A DNA stretch of 64,000 nt from an uncultured Gemmatimonadales bacterium (GCA_963716255.1 OY970303.1:6656001-6720000), one strand, 5' to 3'; positions 1-25,382 are shown, counted from the first letter of the stretch. Program-made: numbers and translations. Notes: generated by a model not told the origin, from the sequence alone.

Positions 1-16661
<16,661 letters not shown>

Positions 16662-16693
16662 GCTTGCAACGCGCGATGGCCATTCGCCTCCGG

Positions 16694-16880
16694 GCTGGAG
16701 TGCCGGTGGAAGCATGCCCCCACGTGTTCGAGCGGTTCTACCGCGCGGATCCGGTTCGCGGACGCGACCGGGACCAGGGTGCCGGCCCCGGCCGGCCCAT
16801 CGCGATGTGGATCGCGGAGGCGCACGGCGGATCCGTGGAGCTGGCGTCGGCCAGCGCTGCGGGAAGCGAGTTCGTCGCCG
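16694..16880 (+). pseudogene. Remnant of a sensor histidine kinase C-terminal HATPase segment
   Basis: Reads GVPVEACPHVFERFYRADPVR..GAGPGRPIAMWIAEAHGGSVELAS..GSEFV, i.e. F-box and a degenerate G2 box (GxGLGL became GAGPGR). No H-box or N-box upstream. Confidence 0.75.
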
Positions 16881-17371
16881 CTTCCGCGCCCCCATCCAGG
16901 GAACCCGGCCGTGAACCGTTCCGGGAGTCGGAGGGTGATCGTGAGCCCTGCACGCGGCCAGTTCCCGCCGCGGCAGGCGGGATCACGCCCGTCCCCGTAC
17001 CCGCAGGCCATGATGTCCGCCTCTCCGCCGGAACGGATCGAGGCCGCCGCCATCGTCAAAGGCGGCTGCACCCGGGCTTCCTCTCCTGATCCCCGGCGGG
17101 CCCGGGGGCACGCGCTCCTTGCGCGTCTCCCGGTACCCGTCCCGGCGAAATCATCCACAAGAGCGAGCGGCGCGGCTCCTGTCCTGGAGCCGCGCCGCGT
17201 TCCACCCGGGCCGGGTGCCCTCGAATCCGAATCGCTGCGGGAGGACGAACGATACGGGTCGTCCACGCTGAGGTACCGTCCCTATTCCGTCGAGGAGGTG
17301 CAAGCTTCGACGCGGTTCCCGATCGAGTAGATCGTCGCATGGCTGGACAACGAAAGTGGTGAATGGACAGA

Positions 17372-17574
17372 CCTCCCAGGAGGTCTGTCCCTGGAACCCG
17401 TTCTCCACGGATACGGAGGAGGCGGCGTTTTTGCCGCGGGACGGCGTCGATGGCGCGTCGCTGATCGAGCTGATGGGGCTGACGCAGGAGGAGTTCTCGC
17501 GGCGCTTCAAGGGCTCGGCGGTGAAGCGGACCAAGCGGCGGGGGCTGCTGCGCAACGTGGCGGTGGCGCTGGGG
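17372..17574 (+). pseudogene. queG: 3' fragment of epoxyqueuosine reductase, copy 1
   Basis: SQEVCPWN...LIELMGLTQEEFSRRFKGSAVKRTKRRGLLRNVAVALG matches the QueG C-terminal CQxVCPWN...R.GL.RNxAVALG region. The N-terminal part of the gene is absent. Confidence 0.8.
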
Positions 17575-17579
17575 CGGAT

Positions 17580-17889
17580 CGCGTCCAGGGAAGGCTGTCC
17601 CTCCGAGACGGTCTTCGGCATCGCCGCCTTGCTGACCTCCCGAATTCTTGTGGAGGAGTACGAGTGGGTGCGCGGGGAGCTGGCAGTCGGCATTGAGCCT
17701 CCCCGCCAGGCAAATACCCTGGTGGACAATGTGGTGTACGTCGTCAAATGGATCGTCGGCCTCTTTTGCATCACCGTGCTGGGTGCGTCACTGGCCTGGC
17801 TGCTGCTCGTCCTCATCTTCGGTTCTTCCGCGGTCTTCCTTCAGCTCGTGCTGGCTGTAACGAGCCGCATCCTCGACAATCTTTCCTGA
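17580..17889 (+). other. Hydrophobic membrane-protein remnant fused in frame behind the queG fragment
   Basis: ORF 17356..17889 ends in long hydrophobic stretches (WIVGLFCITVLGASLAWLLLVLIFG, AVFLQLVLAV). No clear start or RBS; probably chimeric debris. Confidence 0.35.
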
Positions 17890-18034
17890 CATCCACGAAG
17901 TGTACCTCGCCGTCCCGCCTTCCGCGCTGGTGAGAATCCCCCGCGACACGTCCGACAGAGGAGGCAGCCCCGGATTCCGGGGGATGCCACAGGGAGGCGT
18001 CCGTCGCGGCGCCACCTTTTTGCGAGGGAGACAG

Positions 18035-18421
18035 ATGGCCGCCAATCACCGGATCTTCACCAGCTTCGCGATCGAGGACGTACGGCTGCGCGACTTCCTG
18101 GTGGGGCAGGCGCGCAACGAGAAGGCCCCGTTCTCGTTCGTCGACATGGCCGTGAAGGAGCCGTGGGACGAAGCCTGGAAGACGCGCTGCCGCACCAGGA
18201 TCAGAGGATGCGACGGGGTGATCGGGATCATCACCGGCAACTCGCCGCAGGCAAGCGGCCAGCTCTGGGAGCTGGGAGCCGCGTACGAGGAGAATGTCCC
18301 CGTCCTGCTCATCTACGGCTACCAGGACGACCGCCCCGCGAACCTGCCGGATCCCCTGACGGGGCGGCGGATCTACCCCTGGACGTGGGACAACATTGCC
18401 GCCTTCCTCGCGAAGCTGTGA
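18035..18421 (+). CDS. Small TIR-domain protein (ThsB/DUF1863-like, 128 aa); signal generator of a type IV Thoeris-like system
   Basis: RBS GAGGGAG at 18024-18030 before ATG 18035. TIR pattern RIFTSFAIED...IRGCDGVIGII...SGQLWELGAAYEENVPVLLI with putative catalytic Glu in WE. Confidence 0.85.
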   Translation: MAANHRIFTSFAIEDVRLRDFLVGQARNEKAPFSFVDMAVKEPWDEAWKTRCRTRIRGCDGVIGIITGNSPQASGQLWELGAAYEENVPVLLIYGYQDDRPANLPDPLTGRRIYPWTWDNIAAFLAKL

Positions 18422-18452
18422 CCCGCCGCCGATCTGATACGGAGAACGTCCG

Positions 18453-19400
18453 ATGCGAAAGGCACTGGTCGTGGGCATCAACCAGTACGTCCACCAGCCC
18501 ATCCTGTACGGCTGTGTGAACGACGCGTACGCCGTCAAAGACGTCCTGGAGCGGCACAGCGACGGAACCCGCAACTTCGGCGTGCGGCAGCTGACGGCCT
18601 CCGGAGGCGAATCCGTCTCGCGTTCCGAACTGCGGACGCATGTGCAGGAGCTGTTCGCGGGCGACGCCGAGACGGCCCTGTTCTACTTTGCCGGGCACGG
18701 CCACCTGGATTCCACGGGTGGATACATCCTGGCCAGCGACGCCAGGGCCGGGGACGAGGGACTTTCGCTGGCCGACGTGCTCACGTTCGCCAACGCATCC
18801 CGCGCGCGGAACAAGATCATCATCCTGGACAGCTGCCACGCGGGGATGGCGGGCGCACGGCCAGCGGCGCAGCAATCCGAGCTGTCGGACGGCCTCACCA
18901 TCCTCACGGCCTCCACCGCCGAGCAGTACGCCGTGGAGGAGAACGGCAGCGGCGTGTTCACCAAACTTTTCGTGGACGCCATGAACGGTGCCGCCGCAAA
19001 CCTGGTGGGCGACGTCACCCCCGGCGGCGTGTACGCGCACATCGACCAGTCGCTGGGGGAGTGGGAGCAGCGGCCGGTCTTCAAGACCAACGTCCAGAGC
19101 TTCGTGTCGCTGCGAAAGGTGCAGGCTCCCATCACGTTGGCGGACCTGCACCGCATCACGGAGCTCTTTCCCTCCATCGGCTACGAGTTTCCCCTGGACC
19201 CCACCTTCGAGCCGGAGAGCGGCAACGCGAACCCGGAAAACACGGAGAAGTTCGGCGTCCTGCAGAGGTACGCCCGCGTGAACCTCGTGGTGCCGGTGGG
19301 CACACCACACATGTATCACGCGGCCATGGAGAGCAGGTCGTGCAAGCTCACGGTACTGGGCGAGCACTACCACCGCCTGGTGGAGAAAGGGCGGATCTGA
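18453..19400 (+). CDS. Caspase-like protease (peptidase C14, 315 aa); effector of type IV Thoeris-like system
   Basis: [17 protein letters not shown], catalytic His in FYFAGHG and catalytic Cys in [15 protein letters not shown]; starts 31 bp after the TIR stop. Confidence 0.92.
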   Translation: MRKALVVGINQYVHQPILYGCVNDAYAVKDVLERHSDGTRNFGVRQLTASGGESVSRSELRTHVQELFAGDAETALFYFAGHGHLDSTGGYILASDARAGDEGLSLADVLTFANASRARNKIIILDSCHAGMAGARPAAQQSELSDGLTILTASTAEQYAVEENGSGVFTKLFVDAMNGAAANLVGDVTPGGVYAHIDQSLGEWEQRPVFKTNVQSFVSLRKVQAPITLADLHRITELFPSIGYEFPLDPTFEPESGNANPENTEKFGVLQRYARVNLVVPVGTPHMYHAAMESRSCKLTVLGEHYHRLVEKGRI

Positions 19401-19435
19401 TGATGCCGGAACCCTGCTCGCCCGCTTCACGGTTT

Positions 19436-19590
19436 CGGGTGCGGTAGGAGCGGCCGCGAAGGAGAAGGTGGGTGCCGCGCTCGGGGAGACGGTCGAAGAT
19501 GGCTCGGCAAGACCGGGATCCTGGAGCCCCTGGCGGAGCGCCGCCGGGGGCTTGTTCGTCGTGACGATGGCGGAGCGGCGCTTCAGACGG
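19436..19590 (-). mobile_element. istB: Frameshifted C-terminal remnant of an IS21-family helper ATPase
   Basis: Minus strand reads RLKRRSAIVTTNKPPAALRQGLQDPGLAE, then after a 1-nt frameshift near 19503 AIFDRLPERGTHLLLRGRSYRTR. This matches the IstB tail pattern (xTTNK..W...L.D..LAEAILDRL......L.G.SYR). Confidence 0.72.
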
Positions 19591-19947
19591 CGGATGCCGG
19601 CGTCGCGGAAGCTGGCATCTGCGGCATTGGCGGCGGCGCCGCTGCCGGCGTCGCCTTCCGCCCCGCCGAGATCCTGTGTCGGCCGCGTCTCCCCGTCTTC
19701 CTCTCCGCTCTCCGCGAGGCTTTTGGCCGAAACGGCCCGTCGCGCCGAACGGGTTGCCGGATGCGTTCGCACAGACGAACTTCAGGACTGCCGCAAGCCC
19801 GTCCGCCACAATCGGCTCGCCCGCTGGTCCCCGTCCGCAAAGGCCGCCTCCGCGTCTGCGGAACCGATTCAGAGCCGTGTATTCTCCGCCCCCTTTCCGG
19901 TTGCGGTGGCAAGGTCTCGTACCGGGTCCCGTATCAGCCGGTTCATC

Positions 19948-21369
19948 ATGATGAAGAAAGCCACAGTCCTTTTCTTTACCGCGGACCCGAAATCCGTCCG
20001 GGCTGGAAGCGCGTCGCGGCTTCAGCTGGACGCGGAGGTACGGGAGATCCGCCAGCGGGTGAGCACGGCCAGCCGCCGCGACGATCTCTATTTCGATGAG
20101 TACTGGGCCGCACGCCCGGGCGATCTCGTGCAGGCCCTGGGTGAAACCCGCCCCCGGGTCGTGCACTTCAGCGGGCATTGCAGCGATGCCGGCCTGGTGC
20201 TGGTGGGCTCCGAGGCGTCTCGCGGGCATTACGTGGGCGCAGAGGCGCTGGCGCAGCTGTTCGAGGCCTATCGCGGCGACATCCGCGTGGTCGTGCTGAA
20301 CGCATGCCTTTCCCTTCCTCAGGCCGAGGCGATCGCCGCGGTCGTGGGGTGCGCCATCGGGACCCTCACCGAGATCACGGACGCTGCCGCGATCACCTTC
20401 AGCTCCTCGTTCTACCGAGAGCTGGCGTTCGGCCACTCTGTCCAGGGCGCATTCGACAAGGCGCGTGCAGCGCTGGCGATGGAGCACTTCGAGGAGCGTG
20501 AGTGCCCGCGGCTGGTGGTGGGTCCGGGAGTGGACGCCGCGAAGGTGTTCGTGGTCGAGCCGAAGCGGAGGCGGGAGGGGCTGGCGGCAGCCGGAGTCGT
20601 GGGTGCGGTGCTCGTCGGCTGGAAGCTGCTTTCCGGCGGAGAGGAAAAGGGGGAGCCGTTCTCGGCCTGCGCCTGGGCCGGAGAACCCCAGGCGCTCATG
20701 GCGCCGGCCGGGCCTTCCACGGCGGGACCGTCGGGCGTGCAGTCGGATCTCGATCGAGCGAAGGTGGACTACGAAGCGGGGCGGTATGCGGCGGCGTTCC
20801 CCCGCTTCAGGCGGCTGGCCGAGAGCCGGAACCCCGAAGCGATGGGGTTTGTCGGAATCATGTTCCTGCGCGGGCAGGGGACCAGGGAACGCCCGGACTC
20901 GGGGATCTACTGGCTCCGCGAGGCGGCGGATAGGGACGACGCACGTGGAATGACCGAGCTCGGCACCGCGTACCTGGACGGGAACGGGGCGAAGCACAGC
21001 AGGCGCTGGGCTCGGCACTGGCTCAAGAAGGCGGCAGACGACAAGCGCTCGGCGGAGGCGATGCGCAGGCTGGGGGTCCTCTACCGGGACGAGCAGGTCT
21101 ATGACACTGCGCTCACCCGGCTCCGCGATGCCGTGGAGGCGGGATCCCTGGAGGCCCGGATCGATATCGGCCAGATGTACGAGCAGGGCCAGGGGACCCG
21201 TCAGGACCTGGAGATGGCGGTCTGCCTCTACCACACGGCCGCGGAGGCCGGCTCACCCCGCGGGATGCTCACGATGGGCCGGATCCACGAGAAAGGGATC
21301 GGCGTGCTTCGGGACGATGACAAAGCGAAGGAGTGGTACCGGAAAGCCGCGACCGAAGGCTCCCCCTGA
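19948..21369 (+). CDS. CHAT (caspase HetF-associated) protease domain + putative TM helix + SEL1-like repeats; probably truncated by a nonsense codon
   Basis: VLFFTADP...LQLDAEVREI, VVHFSGH (His), VVLNAC (Cys); hydrophobic GLAAAGVVGAVLVGWKLL; SEL1 repeats (AMGFVGIMFLRGQG, GMTELGTAYLDGNG, IDIGQMYEQGQG..QDL..A...Y..AAEAG). Start is ATG 19948 or 19951. Confidence 0.88.
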   Translation: MMKKATVLFFTADPKSVRAGSASRLQLDAEVREIRQRVSTASRRDDLYFDEYWAARPGDLVQALGETRPRVVHFSGHCSDAGLVLVGSEASRGHYVGAEALAQLFEAYRGDIRVVVLNACLSLPQAEAIAAVVGCAIGTLTEITDAAAITFSSSFYRELAFGHSVQGAFDKARAALAMEHFEERECPRLVVGPGVDAAKVFVVEPKRRREGLAAAGVVGAVLVGWKLLSGGEEKGEPFSACAWAGEPQALMAPAGPSTAGPSGVQSDLDRAKVDYEAGRYAAAFPRFRRLAESRNPEAMGFVGIMFLRGQGTRERPDSGIYWLREAADRDDARGMTELGTAYLDGNGAKHSRRWARHWLKKAADDKRSAEAMRRLGVLYRDEQVYDTALTRLRDAVEAGSLEARIDIGQMYEQGQGTRQDLEMAVCLYHTAAEAGSPRGMLTMGRIHEKGIGVLRDDDKAKEWYRKAATEGSP

Positions 21370-21432
21370 GGCATGTACCTGCTGGGTGAGCTGTACGTGG
21401 AGGGCACGGCGGGGGACCGTCCCCGCCCGGCA

Positions 21433-21464
21433 CCCTCCGCCGGGCTCCCCTTCCCGGCGGAGGG
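21433..21464. terminator. GC-rich hairpin between convergent genes
   Basis: Perfect 12-bp stem CCCTCCGCCGGG / CCCGGCGGAGGG with an 8-nt loop. No U-tract, so terminator function is uncertain. Confidence 0.4.
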
Positions 21465-21568
21465 CGGAGAGGGGGGGGCAAGGGAGGGAACGCGGAGTGG
21501 AATGGAGGGGAAAGGGAGGGAGACGGTGCGGGATGTTCGTCGGTTTCGGGCCGGAGCGTGCGGTTCCG

Positions 21569-22411
21569 TCAGCCCCGCCGACCCCCGCGCATCACCGGCC
21601 GGTCCAGTTTGAACGCCCTTTCCAGCGGGAAGTCGGGGTCGGGCGTTCCCACCATCATGATCTGGGGCTCCTGCCCCGGGTTGTCGTGCCGCACGCGCTC
21701 GCACAGACGCGAGTGCAGCGCGCAGAAGCTGTCCCGGAACGCCCCGCGTTCCCACAGAGCCAGCAGGTGGCGGATGTAGAGCCCTTCCCGCGCCTTCTGC
21801 CCTTCGGCGGCGCACGCCATCATCAGCACGCTGGCGCGGATGCCGTCGTCGTGAGACGGGACGCGCGAGATGCACGACGGCAGCGACTGGGCGTACTGCT
21901 TCACCCCCCGCATCACCGGGCCGGCGGAGCGGTATACCGGCCGGCCCGGGGCGGGCGGCGGGCCGGGATACCCGGCCAGCACGTCGTCGCCGTAGCGCTC
22001 CATCCCGCCGCCGAAGCAGCTCTCCGTCACCAGCAGCACGCGCGTCCCGGGTGCCGCCAGCCTCCAGATCTCCGTCAGCTCGTCGTCGACGAGGTCGGCG
22101 TCGTGAAGGCACCAGGTCTCGTCCCACCCGTCGCGTTCGTCGCCGTTCGCGTCGGGCACCCGCGAGCCGTGGCCCGAGAAGGAGACGAACAGGGTCTGGC
22201 GGGGCTCCAGCGCCCGCGCGGCAGCGGAAAGGAGGCCGGCGACCGCGCTCCGGGTGGCGTCGGCGCCGCGCAGCACGTGGATGGCGCCGTAGCCCGCCTG
22301 GTGCGCGAGCTCCGCCATCTTCCACGCGCTCTCCTCGCTGAGCGACAGCGCGCACTCGCCGGGCGAAGCCGGGTCGTTCACTCCGATGTGGATCGAGGTA
22401 CCTCGTGCCAT
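21569..22411 (-). CDS. Metacaspase-like peptidase C14 (280 aa)
   Basis: GTSIHIGVN, LRGADATRSAV, FVSFSGHG (His), PDANGDERDGWDETWCLHD..LVDDEL, LVTESCFGG (Cys). GGAG RBS upstream of ATG 22411. Confidence 0.9.
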   Translation of the reverse strand: MARGTSIHIGVNDPASPGECALSLSEESAWKMAELAHQAGYGAIHVLRGADATRSAVAGLLSAAARALEPRQTLFVSFSGHGSRVPDANGDERDGWDETWCLHDADLVDDELTEIWRLAAPGTRVLLVTESCFGGGMERYGDDVLAGYPGPPPAPGRPVYRSAGPVMRGVKQYAQSLPSCISRVPSHDDGIRASVLMMACAAEGQKAREGLYIRHLLALWERGAFRDSFCALHSRLCERVRHDNPGQEPQIMMVGTPDPDFPLERAFKLDRPVMRGGRRG

Positions 22412-22476
22412 GGACGGTCTCCGGACGGGGGCGGGCGCCGCCGCGGTCGCGGCGGCGCCGGGGTGCGAGCCGTGGA

Positions 22477-23334
22477 TCAGCCCCCGCCCCCGTCTCCGTC
22501 CCCATTCCCGTCCCCGACGCCGGCGATCAGGCAGGTGTACGGCATCCCGCCCATGTCGGGGGGAATCGCCTCGCACGGGTTGGCGAGCGGCGGACACTCG
22601 GCCAGCTCCCCCCGGTACCGGGGGAGCACCGTGGGCACGGGCCCGCCGAAAAGGGCGTAGTAGGCCGAGAAGTGGTGAGGGGTGAAGCCGGGCGCCGGCA
22701 CCGGCTGGTGGTGCAGGGGAAGCGGCTCCGGCGGGAGATCTTGCGTGGTCTCGTGATACACGACCAGATTCACCCGCCCGTTCATGGGGAACAACGTGCC
22801 CAGCGCCTTCTGCTCGCCGCCTCCGCCGATGAGCTCCGAAACCAGCGTGAGCTGCTCGCCTTCCACGTCGGTGATCTCCCATTCCACCCGGTGGGCGATC
22901 GGGCGGAGCTCGCCCGGGAGCCACTCCCAGCACACCCCCGGCGACACCCGCGTGATCCTGCCCGCGCCCAGCGTCACGCGCGCCGTCAGCTTCTTCCCCG
23001 TGTCGGCGCCCAGGTGGTCGGGGTCCACCCCGCGCTGCGTGATCTCGCGCAGGTCCGGGATGTGGCCGCACATCGCGAGGTCGGCTTCTTCGCCGGCCAC
23101 CGGCGTCACCTGCCGGCCCGAGATCGGCGCCATGGCGGTGATGCCGGTGGGCGTGCCCCCCGGGGCCAGGTGCCCCGTGTCGTACGCCACCGCGGCCACG
23201 TGCCGGTCGGCCCCGCAGTGGTGGCCGAACATGCTGGGCATCAGCACGTGCATCCGGCCGGTGCTTCCGCCGCCGGCGCGCTCGGGCACGAAGAGGCAGA
23301 GTCCCGAGAAGGTGATTCGGAGAGTGAAGGCCAT
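22477..23334 (-). CDS. Hypothetical protein (285 aa), His/Cys motifs, Cys/Pro/Gly-rich tail
   Basis: Natural-looking composition from MAFTLRITFSGLCLFVP. Co-oriented 65 bp upstream of the metacaspase and divergent from the sigma factor. Confidence 0.8.
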   Translation of the reverse strand: MAFTLRITFSGLCLFVPERAGGGSTGRMHVLMPSMFGHHCGADRHVAAVAYDTGHLAPGGTPTGITAMAPISGRQVTPVAGEEADLAMCGHIPDLREITQRGVDPDHLGADTGKKLTARVTLGAGRITRVSPGVCWEWLPGELRPIAHRVEWEITDVEGEQLTLVSELIGGGGEQKALGTLFPMNGRVNLVVYHETTQDLPPEPLPLHHQPVPAPGFTPHHFSAYYALFGGPVPTVLPRYRGELAECPPLANPCEAIPPDMGGMPYTCLIAGVGDGNGDGDGGGG

Positions 23335-23507
23335 CGTCTTTGCAGCCCCGTGTGAGAGTGGATGTTCCATTCCGCCGGCCGCAGGCCCTGCCCGCCGTCC
23401 GGGTGCAACACATTCGTCGGACGGGCTCCGCGCGATTCCCATCCGCATTCCTCCGGGGTGCTTTCCCGCGCGCCCGGCGGGGTCCGGCGCTCCGCGAGCG
23501 GCTCCTG

Positions 23508-24293
23508 ATGCTTGATCGCGAAGCCGCCGCGGCGCTCTTCCTGGAGCACCTGGACTGGATCAACAGGGCCACCTCCCGGGCGTGCGGCAACAAAGGCGTC
23601 TGGGGCGATGACGCCGAGGACTTCGCGGCCCAGGTGCGAATGAAGCTGATGGAGGACGACTACGCAGTAGTGCGCGGCTATGTCGGGACCTCCAAGTTCA
23701 GGACGTACCTGGCGACCGTGGTCCAGCGTCACCTCGCCGACTTCCTGCGTGAGCAGCGGGGCCGCTGGCGTCCTTCCACGGCCGCCGAGCGGCTGGGCTC
23801 GCCCGCGGTGGACCTGGAGACGCTGGTGCGCCGCTACGGCTACACGCTCCAGGAGGCGGGAGAGAAGCTGCGCACCGCGGGCCGCACCACCCTCTCCGAC
23901 GCCGAGCTCGCGCGCATCCTCGGCCAGCTGCCCGAGCGTCAGCCGCTTCGTCCCGTGGTGGGAGAGCCGGCCACCGGGCTGGGTGCTGCGCCGGGCGACT
24001 CGCGCGCGGACGACCGGGTGCTCGAGTCCGAGGCCGACACCCGGCGCGCGGAAATCATGGGTGTGCTCGATACGGCCTTGCAGCAGCTGGCGCAGGAAGA
24101 GCAGCTTATCATGAGGCTGCACTTTGCCGAGGGACGCACGCTGGCCGACGTGGCGCGCGCCCTGCGCCTGGACCAGAAACCACTGTACCGGCGCGTCGAT
24201 CGCCTGCGCGCCCGCCTGCGCGCCCGCCTGGAAAGCGAAGGGCTGAACGTGGACGACGTGCGCGGCCTCCTTGACGGGAGCGACGCACCATGA
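23508..24293 (+). CDS. ECF-type sigma-70 factor (261 aa) with a long insertion between regions 2 and 4
   Basis: Region 2 DAEDFAAQVRMKL...SKFRTYLATVVQRHLADFLR; region 4 LQQLAQEEQLIMRLHFAEGRTLADVARAL..DQKPLYRRVDRLRARLR. Confidence 0.9.
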   Translation: MLDREAAAALFLEHLDWINRATSRACGNKGVWGDDAEDFAAQVRMKLMEDDYAVVRGYVGTSKFRTYLATVVQRHLADFLREQRGRWRPSTAAERLGSPAVDLETLVRRYGYTLQEAGEKLRTAGRTTLSDAELARILGQLPERQPLRPVVGEPATGLGAAPGDSRADDRVLESEADTRRAEIMGVLDTALQQLAQEEQLIMRLHFAEGRTLADVARALRLDQKPLYRRVDRLRARLRARLESEGLNVDDVRGLLDGSDAP

Positions 24294-24339
24294 GCGGGAG
24301 GAATCGCGGGCGCCGCGAGCCCTTCGCAGGAGGTTGCCG

Positions 24340-25341
24340 ATGAGCGACCACGAGAGCGACGACGAGCGGGTGGCCGCCTTCCTGGACGGCCGCATGGACG
24401 CGCGCCGGCGGGAGGAGATGCTTGCCCACCTGAACGCGAACGACGAGGACCGCGCGGTCCTCGCCGACACAGCGGCCCTCCTGCGCCAGCTGGAAGAGGA
24501 GGATGCCGCCGCGATACCGGAGATGCCCGCGTCCACCGCGAAGCCGGGGCGTGACGACACGGCGCAGGGTGTGGTCTCCCTGAATGCGCACCGCCGCCTG
24601 CAGGGAGAGCCCGAGCGCGAGGTCCGTCCGGCGCGGGCGCGAGTCCTCCGCTGGGTGGCGCTCGTAGCGGTGCTGGCGGGCGTCGTGCTGGTCACCGGAC
24701 GGCTGCTGCAGAGCCCACCCTCCATCGGCGACGAGCCGGTGCGCCTCGCTGCGCGGCTGGAGCGCGGCTCGCGGGGACTGCCCGCGGGGTGGACCGAGCT
24801 GCGGCCGTGGACGCCCGCGCGCGGAAACGATCCGGGCGGCGCCCGGTCACCCGGCGAGAGGTCGGCCAGGTCGGTGCGTGCCGGCGCGATGCTGGTGGAC
24901 CTTTCGGTGGCGGTGCACGCACGCGACGCCGCGGCCACACGGGTGCTCGCGAGCCAGATCGCCGGCCGCTTCGATCCGCAGGGGGGACGAAGCGGTGCGC
25001 TCCGCGAGATCGCCGACAGCGCCGGGGCAAGCCCGGAGCGGCTGCGGCCGCTGGTTGGCGAGGCCACGGAGCGGATCGCGAAGCGGCTGGACCAGGAGTC
25101 GCTGCGGCTGGGCGCCTGGACCGAGGCCGCCGGGCTGGCCGCCGCGTGGCAGGACGCCGGCTTCTTCCGCGACGGAGAGACGCGGCAGATGCTGGACCAG
25201 GCCGGGCGGCTGGCCGCAGGAGATCGGGCGGCCGAAGCGGCGGTGCAGCAGGTGCGGATCCTGCTGGCGGCCGATCCTCCGCGGTGGGAGACGCTCGCCT
25301 CCGCGATCGACACGCTGGCCCGCGAGCTCGCGAGCGAGTGA
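24340..25341 (+). CDS. Putative single-pass anti-sigma factor (333 aa)
   Basis: RBS AGGAGG at 24328-24333. N-terminal ASD-like DDERVAAFLDGRMDARRREEMLAHL; TM VLRWVALVAVLAGVVLVTG; directly downstream of the sigma gene. Confidence 0.8.
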   Translation: MSDHESDDERVAAFLDGRMDARRREEMLAHLNANDEDRAVLADTAALLRQLEEEDAAAIPEMPASTAKPGRDDTAQGVVSLNAHRRLQGEPEREVRPARARVLRWVALVAVLAGVVLVTGRLLQSPPSIGDEPVRLAARLERGSRGLPAGWTELRPWTPARGNDPGGARSPGERSARSVRAGAMLVDLSVAVHARDAAATRVLASQIAGRFDPQGGRSGALREIADSAGASPERLRPLVGEATERIAKRLDQESLRLGAWTEAAGLAAAWQDAGFFRDGETRQMLDQAGRLAAGDRAAEAAVQQVRILLAADPPRWETLASAIDTLARELASE

Positions 25342-25382
25342 GCCGGAGCCCCGTATCGCTGCGAGCTCCCTCGTTTTCGCGC

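Noticed and set aside
16900..17340. Possible small genes or a second kinase tail (GLTITLRLP, minus strand)
   Set aside because: Match too short, no start or RBS; treated as unassignable debris.
19855..19890. ECF-type promoter (GGAACC...GTATT) upstream of CHAT-SEL1
   Set aside because: Spacing is non-canonical and there is no second example to support it.
19468..19947. 160-aa N-terminal extension of the CHAT-SEL1 ORF
   Set aside because: Low-complexity, overlaps the antisense istB scar; the domain starts at MMKKATVLFF.
21367..21369. Selenocysteine or programmed readthrough at the TGA
   Set aside because: The position corresponds to Arg in the neighbouring repeat, not Cys, and no SECIS-like hairpin is evident immediately 3'; simple nonsense mutation is more parsimonious.
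22477..23334. Bacterial gasdermin
   Set aside because: Size and context fit, but I do not see the gasdermin N-terminal signature (G.N....PR..I.P.DL); left as unknown.
22412..23593. 674-aa version of the metacaspase ORF
   Set aside because: Upstream part overlaps the 285-aa gene and the sigma start; an RBS supports ATG 22411.
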